From: an uncultured Candidatus Saccharibacteria bacterium
GTDB taxonomy: Bacteria > Patescibacteriota > Andersenbacteria > UBA10190
DNA length: 64,000 nt
Assembly: GCA_964371255.1 (NCBI GenBank)
Contig: CAYJKV010000001.1
Location: 99,140 to 163,139 of the forward strand
Direction of reading: 5' to 3'
How positions within the stretch are numbered: the stretch's first letter is position 1; every line of letters starts with the position of its first letter. The position numbers and the translations under genes are program-made. Shown here one piece after another: positions 47,066 through 57,539 of the stretch. The notes beneath the pieces are model-generated. The model saw only the letters and a program-made list of their open reading frames with translations. It did not search any database and was not told the DNA's origin.

Positions 47066-47210
47066 CAATGACCAAGACACAATGACTAATGAATGGCCAA
47101 GTCCCAGGTTGCAATTAAGTTCAAATGTCAAAATCCAAATATCAAATCAAATCCAAATGTCCAATGACCAAAGTCCAATGACCAATCAAACCTTAATGAC
47201 CAATGACCAA
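47066..47210. repeat. Degenerate heptamer tandem repeat (AATGACC / AAATCCA / AATGTCC); related tracts at 33651-33676, 33842-33880, 34427-34477 and 45961-45988
   Basis: Read directly, e.g. CAAATGTCCAATGACCAAAGTCCAATGACCAATC. Confidence 0.8.
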
Positions 47211-47252
47211 GGTGAGAAAATACGAAAATAAAGGAATCCAGTTTCTGTCTGT

Positions 47253-50108
47253 TTGGTTAACTCACGTGGTCAAGTTAGGATGAGAATGATGTCTGGTGCA
47301 TGGTTAAATAAAATTGACTGGAAGAATGAGGGGGTAGCGCTGGTGATGATGGCGGCAACTTGGCTGGGATTTTTTTGGCGGCAGATTTTTCAGGGACTGG
47401 TATATTTCCAGGCTGATATTGGCGTTGTCTTTTATCCTTTGGAGTATGTGTATGGAGTTTTTCAGCATGCCCGGCAATTACCGGTTTGGAGCACTGAATT
47501 CGGTTTTGGTCATCCGCTTCTCGCCTGGGGCCAGCTAGGATTTTTTACACCGGTACATGTGGTGTTGAGAGAGATAGGATTACAGGCACTCAATGTAATC
47601 CAAGTGTCGATGATGGTGCATTTTGCTTTAGGGTTACTAGGGATGTACGTATGGTTGCGCAGGCGCCACTGCCATTCTTTAGCGGCGTCGTTGGGTGCAA
47701 TAGTTTTTGTATTTAATGGCTATAACGTCAGTCATATTTTGCACCTTAACTTTTTTATTGGTGTGATGTTGCTGCCGTGGGGGTTAGTCGCTCTAGACGG
47801 ACTGATAAGAAAAGTGACGGTAGTTAGAACGGCGTTACTGGGTGTGGTGGTAGCGGTTATTGTGTTGAGCGCGCACGCCCAGATAGCGTTGTACTGTCTG
47901 CTGTTAATAATGCTGGTTGGTGTGATTGTGATTAAACGTTGGACGGCGAAATTGATTTTGGGCTTGGCCACAGCAGCAATATTGGGTGTTTTATTATCAT
48001 CTTTGGCCTGGTTGCCACTATGGGAATTTTTGCCTTATCAAGACAGGACTGGCGGGATCACTACCCAGGAATTGTATAATTTCAGTTATCCCTGGTGGCA
48101 CGCTATCACCCTGGTACTGCCGACATACTTTGGGGATCTGGAGAGTTATTGGGGCGCCAATAGTTACTTGGAATTGGGGGCATATGTGGGATTATTACCC
48201 CTGCTATTGGCGGGGATGGGATTAACAGTTGGCAGATGGCGGCGTGATCGGGATAAGTGGGCAGCCGCAACATTATTGTTGGTGGGCGTGTTATTAATCC
48301 TAGGCCGTTATTCGTGGATATATCGCAACCTGGTCGAGAGAGGCTGGTGGCCGCCATTTACGGCGCCGAGCAGGTGGTTGCTGCTGGTCGTGTTTGGACT
48401 AGCCTGGCTGAGCGCACAGGGATTAAATAAATTTTATGAGCAGGGAAGGAGTAAGGAAGAGCTAATTAAAATTGGGGGAGGAATTCTATTGGTCCTGCTA
48501 ATTTTTCTGCCCTGGGGGATGAGCGAATATGCCACTAACTGGCAGAGTATTAATGCGGGGGAGGCGGGATTGGCTTTAATGGCATTAATCGTCGGTGGTT
48601 TGAGTTTAGTGATTGTTAGCAGACCGCTGTTGGTAAGATGGTGGTCCTTAATCGCGGTGGGATTGGCGGCCGTAACGTTGGTGTCTTTCGGGTGGCAATT
48701 GTACCCGCTGGTTGATCGGCAAGAGATATCCAAACAAACCGCATTAGCGGAAGAAGTTGCCGATTATAACAAACAACATATAGTGCCGGCTCGAATATAT
48801 AGCGATAAAGTGTTATTGCGAAAAGACAGGGCGATGCCGGCACCGCAGATCGAAATAAAGAGAACAGGCGAGTTGGGAAATAATCTTTGGGTGCAGCAAA
48901 GTATTCGGGCGGAAAAGAATGATTGGTCATGCGTGAATTTGGCGATTGAGTCGGATCGTATATCGGGCGGCATGATCGAGATGAGCATACTGAAGCAAGA
49001 TGGATTAGCTGTGGTCCGACAGGAAAGATTGCCAGCGGCGGCGATTACGGACGCCGGGCGACAAACTATTTGCTTCGAACCAATTAGAGACAGCGCTGGC
49101 CGTCAATATTGGATAACGTTCCGGTCGTTGCAGGAAGGAGGGCGTGTCCAGTTGTTCTACCAGGCGGGGGAAGGTGAGGTTTTTTATTTGGTACGGGTGG
49201 CACAACCGACGGAGAAACAACTGGCACAGTCGAAGAAAGACGCACGTCTAGTAATGGAATTACTATATGGACCGGAGGCTAATGATGAGCACAGGCTCAT
49301 GACCAGGCATTTGAACGCCATCGTTGGAGCTAGCAGTGCGCGATGGATTGGTTCAATTTCAATCAAGCGATATCGGGATTTTGTGAAGGAGTTGTTTGCT
49401 AACGATCGGGACACAGTGGACGGAGATGGCCAGCATGTACTGGTGAGAAACAGGAAACTTTTCGACTTAGCCGGCGTGACGCATTTCGCGCAGCGGCTGG
49501 AAGAAGGGGCAACCGACGCTATGCCGGATAACGGTTTTCGCACTGTGAAGGAAGAAAAAGTGCGGGGGATTACCTACCGGTTATATGAAAACGAACAGGT
49601 TTACCCCAGGGCTTTTATCGTTCCGAAGGCAATAATTGAAACAAATCAGCAGGCAATTTTAACGGCTATGAGCCGTGAAGGTTTTGATCCCCGTCAGACG
49701 GTTTATTTAGAAGATCCATCCGGCCAGCTGACAGTCAGTGACGGGATGGCGGGAGGGGGAGGATCTGGTGAGGTTAAAGTAATAAAATACGAGCCGACAA
49801 GGATTGATGTGCGCGTGGATATTAATCAGGCGAGCTGGCTGGTACTGACTGACTCATATACTCCATTGTGGGGGGCGTTCGTGGATGATAAACCGACGAA
49901 GCTGTTTATTGCGGACCAATTGTTTCGGGCGACGCCGGTGCCGGCCGGCGAGCATGTAGTATCTTTTAGGTATAAATCGCCGATGGCAGCACGAGCCGTG
50001 CAATTAACATACGGAGGGATATTCTTAGTGCTGCTCTTATTTGCATTGAATATATTGAATATGCGAAACTGGCAGCATGACAAAAATACAACTGCAGACG
50101 GAGATTAA
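47253..50108 (+). CDS. YfhO-family (GT-C-like) multi-pass membrane protein
   Basis: DIGVVFYP, LPVW....FGHPLLA, many transmembrane helices, YENEQVYPRAF, LVLTDSYTPLWGAFVD, VPAGEHVVSFRY. Start uncertain. Confidence 0.85.
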   Translation: MVNSRGQVRMRMMSGAWLNKIDWKNEGVALVMMAATWLGFFWRQIFQGLVYFQADIGVVFYPLEYVYGVFQHARQLPVWSTEFGFGHPLLAWGQLGFFTPVHVVLREIGLQALNVIQVSMMVHFALGLLGMYVWLRRRHCHSLAASLGAIVFVFNGYNVSHILHLNFFIGVMLLPWGLVALDGLIRKVTVVRTALLGVVVAVIVLSAHAQIALYCLLLIMLVGVIVIKRWTAKLILGLATAAILGVLLSSLAWLPLWEFLPYQDRTGGITTQELYNFSYPWWHAITLVLPTYFGDLESYWGANSYLELGAYVGLLPLLLAGMGLTVGRWRRDRDKWAAATLLLVGVLLILGRYSWIYRNLVERGWWPPFTAPSRWLLLVVFGLAWLSAQGLNKFYEQGRSKEELIKIGGGILLVLLIFLPWGMSEYATNWQSINAGEAGLALMALIVGGLSLVIVSRPLLVRWWSLIAVGLAAVTLVSFGWQLYPLVDRQEISKQTALAEEVADYNKQHIVPARIYSDKVLLRKDRAMPAPQIEIKRTGELGNNLWVQQSIRAEKNDWSCVNLAIESDRISGGMIEMSILKQDGLAVVRQERLPAAAITDAGRQTICFEPIRDSAGRQYWITFRSLQEGGRVQLFYQAGEGEVFYLVRVAQPTEKQLAQSKKDARLVMELLYGPEANDEHRLMTRHLNAIVGASSARWIGSISIKRYRDFVKELFANDRDTVDGDGQHVLVRNRKLFDLAGVTHFAQRLEEGATDAMPDNGFRTVKEEKVRGITYRLYENEQVYPRAFIVPKAIIETNQQAILTAMSREGFDPRQTVYLEDPSGQLTVSDGMAGGGGSGEVKVIKYEPTRIDVRVDINQASWLVLTDSYTPLWGAFVDDKPTKLFIADQLFRATPVPAGEHVVSFRYKSPMAARAVQLTYGGIFLVLLLFALNILNMRNWQHDKNTTADGD

Positions 50109-51366
50109 GGAAAATGTAAGCACACGGGAAACTTGCCGAGTTTGCGGGCAGGGAAATATGCAGCCGGTCTTAACCTTGGGCGAGCATAGCGTATCGACTT
50201 TTGTGACGAATATGGATGAAGAAGCGGTGAAAGCGCCGTTGGAGTTAGTGCTTTGTGATAGCGGAGCGGGCGGGTGCGGTTTATTACAATTGAAACATAC
50301 GGTGGACAACGAAGTGATGTACCGAAATTATTGGTATCGTTCGGGGGTTAACCAGACGATGATCGCGGCACTGGGAGATATCGCGCACCGGACTGAAGAA
50401 ATGGTTGCACTGAAACCGGGTGACGTGGTGATAGATATCGGTAGCAACGATAATACTTTGCTGAAATCCTATTCCGTCAAAGGTTTACAGTCGATTGGCT
50501 TTGAACCGGCCCGCTCAATTTTGCCCTATGCGAAAGAGGGCGCGACCAGGGTAGTTAATGATTTTTTTTCCCGGGAAGGCGTGGCCGCGTTGAACCTGAG
50601 CAGTCCGGTTAAAGTAATAACAGCCATCGCCATGTTTTATGATCTGGAGGATCCGAATAAATTTGTCGGGGACATGAAAAGCTGTCTGGCCGACGACGGG
50701 ATGATCGTGATCCAGCAAGCATACTTACCGGTCATGTTAAGAGATAATATTTTTGATAATATCTGCCATGAACACTTGGAATATTATTCTCTGTTATCGA
50801 TGGAGGCTTTGTTTGGCCGACATGGTCTGGAAGTGGTTGATGTGGAATTAAATGATGTGAATGGGGGCAGTTTCCGGACCTATATTACGCATCAGGGGGG
50901 TCAAGTGAAGCATCTGCAACCGGGGGCGCAAGAGCGACTAGAGCAAATGCGGCAAACGGAACGAGCGATGCGACTGGGGAGCAGGCAAGTGTACTTAGAT
51001 TTTGCTGCCCGAGTGGAAAATATAAAGCGGCAGGTGACAGCCTTTGTTAAGAGTGAAGTAGCAACCGGTAAAAAAGTATATGTTTATGGCGCGTCAACAA
51101 AAGGGAATACTTTGTTACAATATTGCGGTTTAGATGATAGTCTGATTACGGCGGCAGCGGACAGAAATCCAGACAAGTGGGGTCGCAGGACAGTCGCGAC
51201 CAATATTCCGATAGTTTCAGAAGCTGAGGCACGCGCCGCGAAGCCGGATTATTTTTTGGTATTACCCTGGCATTTTATGGCGGAGTTCAAGCAAAGGGAG
51301 CAAGCCTGGCTTAATGGAGGCGGCAAGTTTATTGTGCCGCTGCCCCAGTTTGATGTGATAAGTTGA
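50077..51366 (+). CDS. NDP-sugar C-methyltransferase-like SAM/Zn methyltransferase
   Basis: CRVCG...C....CGLLQL Zn motif, DIGSNDN, FDNICHEHLEYYS, YGASTKGNTLL, LVLPWHF. Confidence 0.88.
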   Translation: MTKIQLQTEIKENVSTRETCRVCGQGNMQPVLTLGEHSVSTFVTNMDEEAVKAPLELVLCDSGAGGCGLLQLKHTVDNEVMYRNYWYRSGVNQTMIAALGDIAHRTEEMVALKPGDVVIDIGSNDNTLLKSYSVKGLQSIGFEPARSILPYAKEGATRVVNDFFSREGVAALNLSSPVKVITAIAMFYDLEDPNKFVGDMKSCLADDGMIVIQQAYLPVMLRDNIFDNICHEHLEYYSLLSMEALFGRHGLEVVDVELNDVNGGSFRTYITHQGGQVKHLQPGAQERLEQMRQTERAMRLGSRQVYLDFAARVENIKRQVTAFVKSEVATGKKVYVYGASTKGNTLLQYCGLDDSLITAAADRNPDKWGRRTVATNIPIVSEAEARAAKPDYFLVLPWHFMAEFKQREQAWLNGGGKFIVPLPQFDVIS

Positions 51367-51400
51367 TAGTAATGATGGGTGGCGTCGAACGAAGCGCGAT

Positions 51401-52105
51401 CTAGCCAAACTTAATTTTCCAGGGCAGCAACACAGAATCGAGAATGATTTTATTTGTCATCTTGGACTCGCCTTGGTGGCGCTTTGGCCATTTAACCGGA
51501 TGCTCCCTGAGCTTAAAACCTTGTTGCGTGAGTTTGAATTTTAATTCAAAGAGAAAACCATAGCCGTCGGAGCGAAATTGATCAAGATTAATGGCGCGAA
51601 GAACGTGAACCGGTAAAGCCAGATAGCCGGTGGTACAGTCGCGGATTTGCAAACCTAGGATGGTTTGAACATAGCGCTGGGCGAAACGGCTAAGGAGCTG
51701 CCGCCATAAAGAAATGCCAGGAAAAGTGGTGCCAGGCGCGTGACGAGAACCCAAGGATACGTCCGCCCCATGGTCAAGCAGGGCAAGGAGGTGCGGGATT
51801 TCTTGCGGATCATGCGAGAAATCCGCATCCATAGTGATGACTGTGTCATGGGCATTGCTTTTCAGAACGCGGCGAAACCCGTCCAGATAAGACTTAGCAA
51901 AACCGCGGTCAGATAGGCGGACTAAGATGTCCAGGTGGGGATATTTTATTTGAAGTGATTTAACGATCGCGGCCGTGCCATCTGGCGAATTGTCGTCAAT
52001 TACCAAAATGGACAGGTTGGGATTAACTGTAAAGGTGCGCTCAATAATGAGCTTAATATTCTTGGCTTCGTTATAAGTGGGAATTAGGACAATGGGTTTG
52101 TGCAT
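51401..52105 (-). CDS. Polyprenol-monophosphomannose synthase-like GT2 (Ppm1/Dpm1)
   Basis: IPTYNEA.NI, IDDNSPDGT, MDADFSHDP, GSR, DCTTGY, RHQGESKM. Confidence 0.88.
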   Translation of the reverse strand: MHKPIVLIPTYNEAKNIKLIIERTFTVNPNLSILVIDDNSPDGTAAIVKSLQIKYPHLDILVRLSDRGFAKSYLDGFRRVLKSNAHDTVITMDADFSHDPQEIPHLLALLDHGADVSLGSRHAPGTTFPGISLWRQLLSRFAQRYVQTILGLQIRDCTTGYLALPVHVLRAINLDQFRSDGYGFLFELKFKLTQQGFKLREHPVKWPKRHQGESKMTNKIILDSVLLPWKIKFG

Positions 52106-52208
52106 ATGGCTAAAGGTATAGTATAACGGGCGATTGGAAAAATATCCCAGGGAAACCAGGCGCTAGATGCCAATGGACGCAGGACCGGAATGTCATCATA
52201 CTTAAGGC

Positions 52209-52736
52209 GTGAGTCATAAACGACATCAGAGATATTGGCAGCGTTTTTTATTGCCGGGAGAAAATGTGATCTTTTGTTTTGGAGTGAGTAGCGCATATCT
52301 AACTATCTTTTGGCTGTTACCAGCAGTAACGATGACGGTGATTGCCGGCTATGCTGCTACAATTAATATCATGCTTGGTTTATTGCTGAGTTTGGTGGCC
52401 GCCGCGGTTTATCTGCCAATAATTTATCAGAGATATTTTATTCATTACGCGATTACTGATCGCCGTGTCATGACGAGAGAAGGGCTTTTGCATAAAACAT
52501 TTGTGACGGCGGATCTGCCGTCGGTGACGGATATCACTATTAATGAATCTTTTCTAGAAAGAATTTTTACGCGGACTGGAGTGATTGGCATTAACACTGC
52601 CGGCAGCAATCATGTGGAGTTACATTTTGATCATGTCAAAAGACCGTTTGTGCTGCGAAAAGAGATTTACCGTAATCAATACAAGGTAATTGAGGAAAGG
52701 AAATTAGCATCTTTGCAAAAGGGCGGATTCAATTAG
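52209..52736 (+). CDS. Bacterial PH-domain membrane protein
   Basis: LLPGENV, two transmembrane helices, YAITDRRV..REGL, FLERIF..G.I.INTAG. Confidence 0.8.
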   Translation: MSHKRHQRYWQRFLLPGENVIFCFGVSSAYLTIFWLLPAVTMTVIAGYAATINIMLGLLLSLVAAAVYLPIIYQRYFIHYAITDRRVMTREGLLHKTFVTADLPSVTDITINESFLERIFTRTGVIGINTAGSNHVELHFDHVKRPFVLRKEIYRNQYKVIEERKLASLQKGGFN

Positions 52737-52862
52737 AGGCCAAGTAGAAAGCAATGGGGAGTATGTCCTATTCTGTCTTGTCTGATTGCAAAACTTAGAA
52801 ATATGGTGAGGGGCTTAAATATGTGAGTATTTAGCCTTTTTTATTATTTGGGCAATCAGCCC

Positions 52863-52891
52863 TTGACTTAACTATCGTAATGGTGTATACT
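52863..52891 (+). promoter_or_regulatory. Sigma70-type promoter ahead of a ~300-nt non-coding leader
   Basis: TTGACT-17 bp-TATACT. Confidence 0.7.
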
Positions 52892-53191
52892 ACTTAGTTG
52901 TTCGTTGACAACTTGTCTCTTGCTAATAAAAGCGATCTTGTGGACGATGATCGCGGCGAGCTTGTGCCTGTCCCGTCAATTACCTAACGTCCAGCTGACT
53001 TTGCTTCAGAAGGGAGCTGAATGACCTTGGTGCTAAAGGTTTGAAGATCGGCTGGCAGATACGCAGTAAACCTGTGTGTTTTTACGCTTATAGCACACGC
53101 AAGCGTTTTTTATGACAATGGGTGGTGCTCGCAATAAGTCTATTGTGTCCGAACTGTGTTGAACTTGTTGAACTTATCGAAGGGTATTGCA

Positions 53192-53854
53192 ATGTTGATC
53201 CAGAATATTCAGACAGCGTGTCGGGGAAGGAATGGGAACGGAAGCCGGTGCCGACACATGGTAAGTGGTTACGGTGTTTGTGCGCAGCACGACGGCACAG
53301 AGCTTGTTGGGCCTCCCGGAGTGATCTTATTGAAGGCGAGGATTAATCGGAAGAGAGTGGAGGCTTTGGTGAAAGCAGGGGTGCGAGAGAAGAAGCGTGA
53401 TGAGAATAGCCTGGATGCCAAGCATTCCGCAGAAGCTCAGGCTTTGGAACGACAACCCCAAGCATATCGTGACAAGGCCGACAGCGGTGTGCCAGTGTTC
53501 GGAAAAGATGGCGCTAAGGGTGTAGCAGTGGATGACGTGTGGGTGTCTTTGGAGAGGGTCGGCTATACGACCACGGACGCTCACTTTTATCGTCAGGACA
53601 AGGATGCGCAAAGCGGCATGGCGACGGTGACTGTTGAATTTATGCTCGGTGAGCATGATGAGATTGATGATAAGGCGGCTGCTGCGTGCTGGGCGTGTTT
53701 CTGCGAGAGCTACGGGTTTGTACATGTGTGGAGTAATCCACCAAAACTTGGCATCGGTCCGACTTGTACGGTCAACTGCTCTCATCGTCAAGAAGTTCCA
53801 CCACAAGCTCGGCTCGTGTGGGACGAAGGTTTCTGGGCGCTGGAAGAAGTATAG
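53192..53854 (+). CDS. Hypothetical protein with an N-terminal CCCH-type motif
   Basis: C-RGRNGNGSR-C-RHMVSGYGV-C-AQ-H; terminator at 53897-53927. Confidence 0.65.
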   Translation: MLIQNIQTACRGRNGNGSRCRHMVSGYGVCAQHDGTELVGPPGVILLKARINRKRVEALVKAGVREKKRDENSLDAKHSAEAQALERQPQAYRDKADSGVPVFGKDGAKGVAVDDVWVSLERVGYTTTDAHFYRQDKDAQSGMATVTVEFMLGEHDEIDDKAAAACWACFCESYGFVHVWSNPPKLGIGPTCTVNCSHRQEVPPQARLVWDEGFWALEEV

Positions 53855-53925
53855 ACTGAGCTGTGACCTGTGTTCTTTGTAGAGTTGTTACATACCCCCA
53901 CCTTTTTTCCAAAAGGTGGGTTTTT

Positions 53926-55329
53926 TTATTTGGAAGAGTTGAATGGTAACTGGGGTGTGAATTGTAACACATCAAGAGCGGCTTTAACCGATCCAGTGCC
54001 TAGCACAGATTTAGTGTCGACAAAGTCTTGCTTGACCCAAGAAGGGACGGGCGTGCCCTCGTATAGGTTGAATAATGATAGGAGAAAGGTAGTAGCATAG
54101 GATGCTTTCGGTAGGGTAAAGGAAAGTATAACACCCGCGGGTACGCTTTTTATGTGATGAAGTTGGGGTTTAATATACGGTTGGATGCTCCTTTCTTTTT
54201 GTTGGAAATAAGGAAGCTGGCTCAGGTGTTTGGCGTAATCGTTGATGGCGTGCTTGTTCAGATAACTGCGATATAACTGGTCTGCTTCGGGGCCGCTTAG
54301 TGGCAGGGGGAGGGGGGAGGGTACCGAGTTGGGTTGTTGGCGGGCATGCGATAATAGATGGTTAACTAGAAAACTGACGTAGCCATAGATCCAGAAACGA
54401 ACCTGGTCTTGGATGGACATTAAGGCTTTAAGGTTGTTGCCTGGATGATCAATTAATGTTTCCAGGACGGTACATTCGTGCCGCAGGGAGTAGGCAAGCA
54501 GATCAAAGGCTTGGCGCATGGCTGGCCAATCGCCATAAGATTTGGCAGCTGCTTGTCTGACCTCCCGATAGATTGGGGTATCGAAGGGGCCTGGTTGTAT
54601 CAGAAACATTTTAATGGCATCAGAGAAACGTCCCTGGCAAAGCAGCCGGCCTAATTGCGGATTAAGAAGACGATGGCCAAAGCGTTGCACACCATAAAAG
54701 TTGGCATAACCGGACTGCGCCAGATTAGATATTCGATCCGCCAGGGCCTGTTCATTGGCAGGTGCATCGGTGCGAATTAAAATAGTGAATTTGTTGCCTT
54801 GTAATTGACCGACAGCGATCGCTCCTTTCCCGGCGTGTTGAGGCTTGACGAAAAAGTTTGTAATTAGATCTTGATTAACTTTGTTCCAATTGGCCCCCCG
54901 GATACTGATTCTTTGGCTGGTGATGGCGCTGGCATCCTTAATACCGGCGTAGCCAATTTTTTCCGGCTGGACATGCAAGGCCATGGCCAATTGCTGGACG
55001 GCTTCAGGTGTCCCGAGTGCTACTTTGACCAAGTCGGCATACAGGGTGGGCAAAGTAAGATCGACGTCGGGGTCAGACGAGGCTGGTTCAATAGTGGCTG
55101 TTTGGTGGTCGTGACATAACTCTTCAACGATAAAGTCAGTGGGAAAAAGTCTGATATAACCACTCGGCCGAGCTGATAGACCGGTAATGCCAATGTGTTG
55201 TAAGATGTCATCTGGATTGATTGAAGTCGGGCGGCTGAATTTTTCGGGGTGTTTAGCTTGAAGGCCGGCCAAGCGCTGTTGTTGTTGGTCGCGGCGGGAA
55301 GTTAAACTGGGTCTTTGTTTATTCATCAA
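53926..55329 (-). CDS. truD: tRNA pseudouridine(13) synthase TruD (long form)
   Basis: PTDFIVEE, IGYAGIKDASAITSQRIS, GQLQGNKFTI, NFYGVQRFG, SFTLPKASYATT. Confidence 0.93.
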   Translation of the reverse strand: MMNKQRPSLTSRRDQQQQRLAGLQAKHPEKFSRPTSINPDDILQHIGITGLSARPSGYIRLFPTDFIVEELCHDHQTATIEPASSDPDVDLTLPTLYADLVKVALGTPEAVQQLAMALHVQPEKIGYAGIKDASAITSQRISIRGANWNKVNQDLITNFFVKPQHAGKGAIAVGQLQGNKFTILIRTDAPANEQALADRISNLAQSGYANFYGVQRFGHRLLNPQLGRLLCQGRFSDAIKMFLIQPGPFDTPIYREVRQAAAKSYGDWPAMRQAFDLLAYSLRHECTVLETLIDHPGNNLKALMSIQDQVRFWIYGYVSFLVNHLLSHARQQPNSVPSPLPLPLSGPEADQLYRSYLNKHAINDYAKHLSQLPYFQQKERSIQPYIKPQLHHIKSVPAGVILSFTLPKASYATTFLLSLFNLYEGTPVPSWVKQDFVDTKSVLGTGSVKAALDVLQFTPQLPFNSSK

Positions 55330-55361
55330 TTAGGTATACTAGAATTAAGAATAGATAAAAT

Positions 55362-57065
55362 ATGTTAAATCTGGAAGAAAATATTAAGGACGATATTAAG
55401 CAAGGTCTGGAACAGGCTAAAAAAAAGCTGCGCTGGCCGGATGGTGTTGATGATATTAGTTTGGTCGTGGAGAGACCAGCTAAGGGAGATCGAGGCGATT
55501 ACGCGTCGCCCGTGGCATTATTGCTGACCAAGATCGTCGGTAAACCGCCGATGGAGATCGTAAAAATAATCGCCGAGCATATGCCGAAGAAGGAATATGT
55601 AGGCCGGATCAAAGCGGCAGCACCGGGGTACTTGAATATCTGGCTGAACCCAGGCTGGATGACGGCGCGCTTAAATAATTTAATTCAAGATAACGTGTGC
55701 GATACGGTTAAGGCGGGAGAGGGGAAAAGCGTGAACCTGGAATTTATTTCTGCCAACCCGACGGGACCGCTGACCTTAGGCAATGTGCGGTCGGCGTTTA
55801 GTGTTGATACTTTAGGCAAGGTACTGGAATGCGCCGGATTCAATGTGACGCGGGAATATTATTTTAATGATACTGGTGCTCAGGTGAAGAAATTGGGTGA
55901 GTCAATTATGCGGAGAATCCTGCAGCAAGCAGGAGAGCAGGTGGATTATGGGGAGGGCTTATATCAAGGCGAATATATTATAGAGCTGGGGAAAGAGGTG
56001 GCAGAAGGTTTGAAAGAAAATGAGAATAAGGAGCTGACGCACGCAGATTTAGCGGGTGGCCAGATGATAGAAAAAGTCGGCAGCATAGCGGCGATGCGGT
56101 TGATGGGTGATATCAAGCGGACAATCGCGGAGGACTTGAAAATTGAGTTTGATGTCTGGACGTCAGAGGAGGACTTGCGCCAGAAGGGGAAAGTGGCGGA
56201 AGTAATAGAGAAGTTAAAGCAAAGCGACAAGGTTTACAAAAAAGACGGGGCCTGGTATTTGAAAACCACTGACTATGGGGACAGTGAAGACCGGGTGGTC
56301 ATAAAAAGCGATGGCGAGTATGCGTATATCGCACCGGATATCGCGTACCACCAGGATAAATATGATCGGGGTTTCGATGAAATATTTACGTTTGTCGGCG
56401 CGGACCATCAGGGACATTTGCCAAAAGTGAAAGCAGCGATGGAAGCGCTGGGGAATGATGTTAATAAATTACACCAGGTGACCAATCAGTGGCTCCGCAT
56501 GATTAAAGACGGCAAGTCTGTGAAATTATCGAAGAGGGCAGGGCAGATAGTGACGCCAAAGGACTTAATAGACGAAGTGGGTTATGATGCGACGCGGTTT
56601 TTTATGGTCCAGTACGCGTTGAACACGCACATGGATTTTGATATCGGCATAGCCAAAGAGCGAAGTGAAAGAAACCCAGTCTATTATGTGCAGTACGCGT
56701 ATGTCAGGCTGCAGTCTATTTTACGACAAGCGAAAGAGCGGGCGGTTATTAATGAAGTCGGCGAAGTGTTCGATCTGTCGAACAGCCCAGCCTTAACGCA
56801 CGTGCAGGAACTGAATTTAATGAGGCAGCTGTATCGCCTGCCGGAGGTTATCGCGGGAGTAGCCAATAGGTTTGAGGTGCATGACCTGCCCTATTTTGCT
56901 ATGGAGTTAGCGAAGGCAATCCACGTGTTTTATAAACATGTACCGGTGTTGGCCGGTGAGGACCAGGAATTGATTAAGAATCGTCTGCAGTTGGTTTTAG
57001 CAGCCCGGCAAGTGATGGGGAAAATATTGGACTTGATCGGAGTGGGCAAGCCGGATGTGATGTAA
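55362..57065 (+). CDS. argS: Arginine--tRNA ligase
   Basis: GDYAS, EFISANPTGPL..GN.R, REYYFND, GADHQG, KLSKRAG, NPVYYVQYAY.R. Confidence 0.96.
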   Translation: MLNLEENIKDDIKQGLEQAKKKLRWPDGVDDISLVVERPAKGDRGDYASPVALLLTKIVGKPPMEIVKIIAEHMPKKEYVGRIKAAAPGYLNIWLNPGWMTARLNNLIQDNVCDTVKAGEGKSVNLEFISANPTGPLTLGNVRSAFSVDTLGKVLECAGFNVTREYYFNDTGAQVKKLGESIMRRILQQAGEQVDYGEGLYQGEYIIELGKEVAEGLKENENKELTHADLAGGQMIEKVGSIAAMRLMGDIKRTIAEDLKIEFDVWTSEEDLRQKGKVAEVIEKLKQSDKVYKKDGAWYLKTTDYGDSEDRVVIKSDGEYAYIAPDIAYHQDKYDRGFDEIFTFVGADHQGHLPKVKAAMEALGNDVNKLHQVTNQWLRMIKDGKSVKLSKRAGQIVTPKDLIDEVGYDATRFFMVQYALNTHMDFDIGIAKERSERNPVYYVQYAYVRLQSILRQAKERAVINEVGEVFDLSNSPALTHVQELNLMRQLYRLPEVIAGVANRFEVHDLPYFAMELAKAIHVFYKHVPVLAGEDQELIKNRLQLVLAARQVMGKILDLIGVGKPDVM

Positions 57066-57098
57066 CGGAAAAGCACAAAGTACTGGCGAAGCGATTTT

Positions 57099-57208
57099 CC
57101 ATAGCGTCCCAGAATATGCGATGTTTGCCAGCGGTATAATATGTCCGAAGGGTGGCCGCTGGCAAATATGGGTAAGGGCTCAGCCGAGCCGCATACACAC
57201 GATTAAGT
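57099..57208 (-). other. Degenerate attC-like site (downstream of the 57203..57511 gene)
   Basis: Minus strand ACTTAAT-5nt-GTATGCG ... CGCATAT-8nt-GCTATGG; shares CTCGGCT..CCC.T.ACCCA with the 57540-57639 site. Confidence 0.45.
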
Positions 57209-57511
57209 GATGTTGTATTTGTTTATTTTTAATACGATATATCCAGCTAGTGTGTAAAGTAAAATACTAGTTATCCCGAGGAAGAAATAATTTGCATAAG
57301 CCGAATCGGAGGACAGGAGTCGAGATAGCTGCACACTTGGTATGAGTGGTATTGCTAAGAATCCCGTAAAACATGAATCCGCGGTCGTGATAACTGCTGG
57401 TGAGCCTAGATGATCATAGCCGAAAGCACTACATCCCGCTATCTCTTGATGAATTACAGGAATAAAACCAACGAGCGTCAGGATGATCGCGATGTAAATT
57501 ATTTTTTTCAT
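57203..57511 (-). CDS. Small membrane protein (putative gene cassette)
   Basis: MKKIIYIAIILTLVG signal/transmembrane segment and a C-terminal transmembrane helix; flanked by attC-like sites. Confidence 0.6.
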   Translation of the reverse strand: MKKIIYIAIILTLVGFIPVIHQEIAGCSAFGYDHLGSPAVITTADSCFTGFLAIPLIPSVQLSRLLSSDSAYANYFFLGITSILLYTLAGYIVLKINKYNIT

Positions 57512-57539
57512 AGTTTTTAACGTTAATAAATACAATTTT

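Noticed and set aside
47046-47231. 61-aa ORF over the heptamer tract (also 34295-34501)
   Set aside because: Low-complexity translation of a non-coding repeat.
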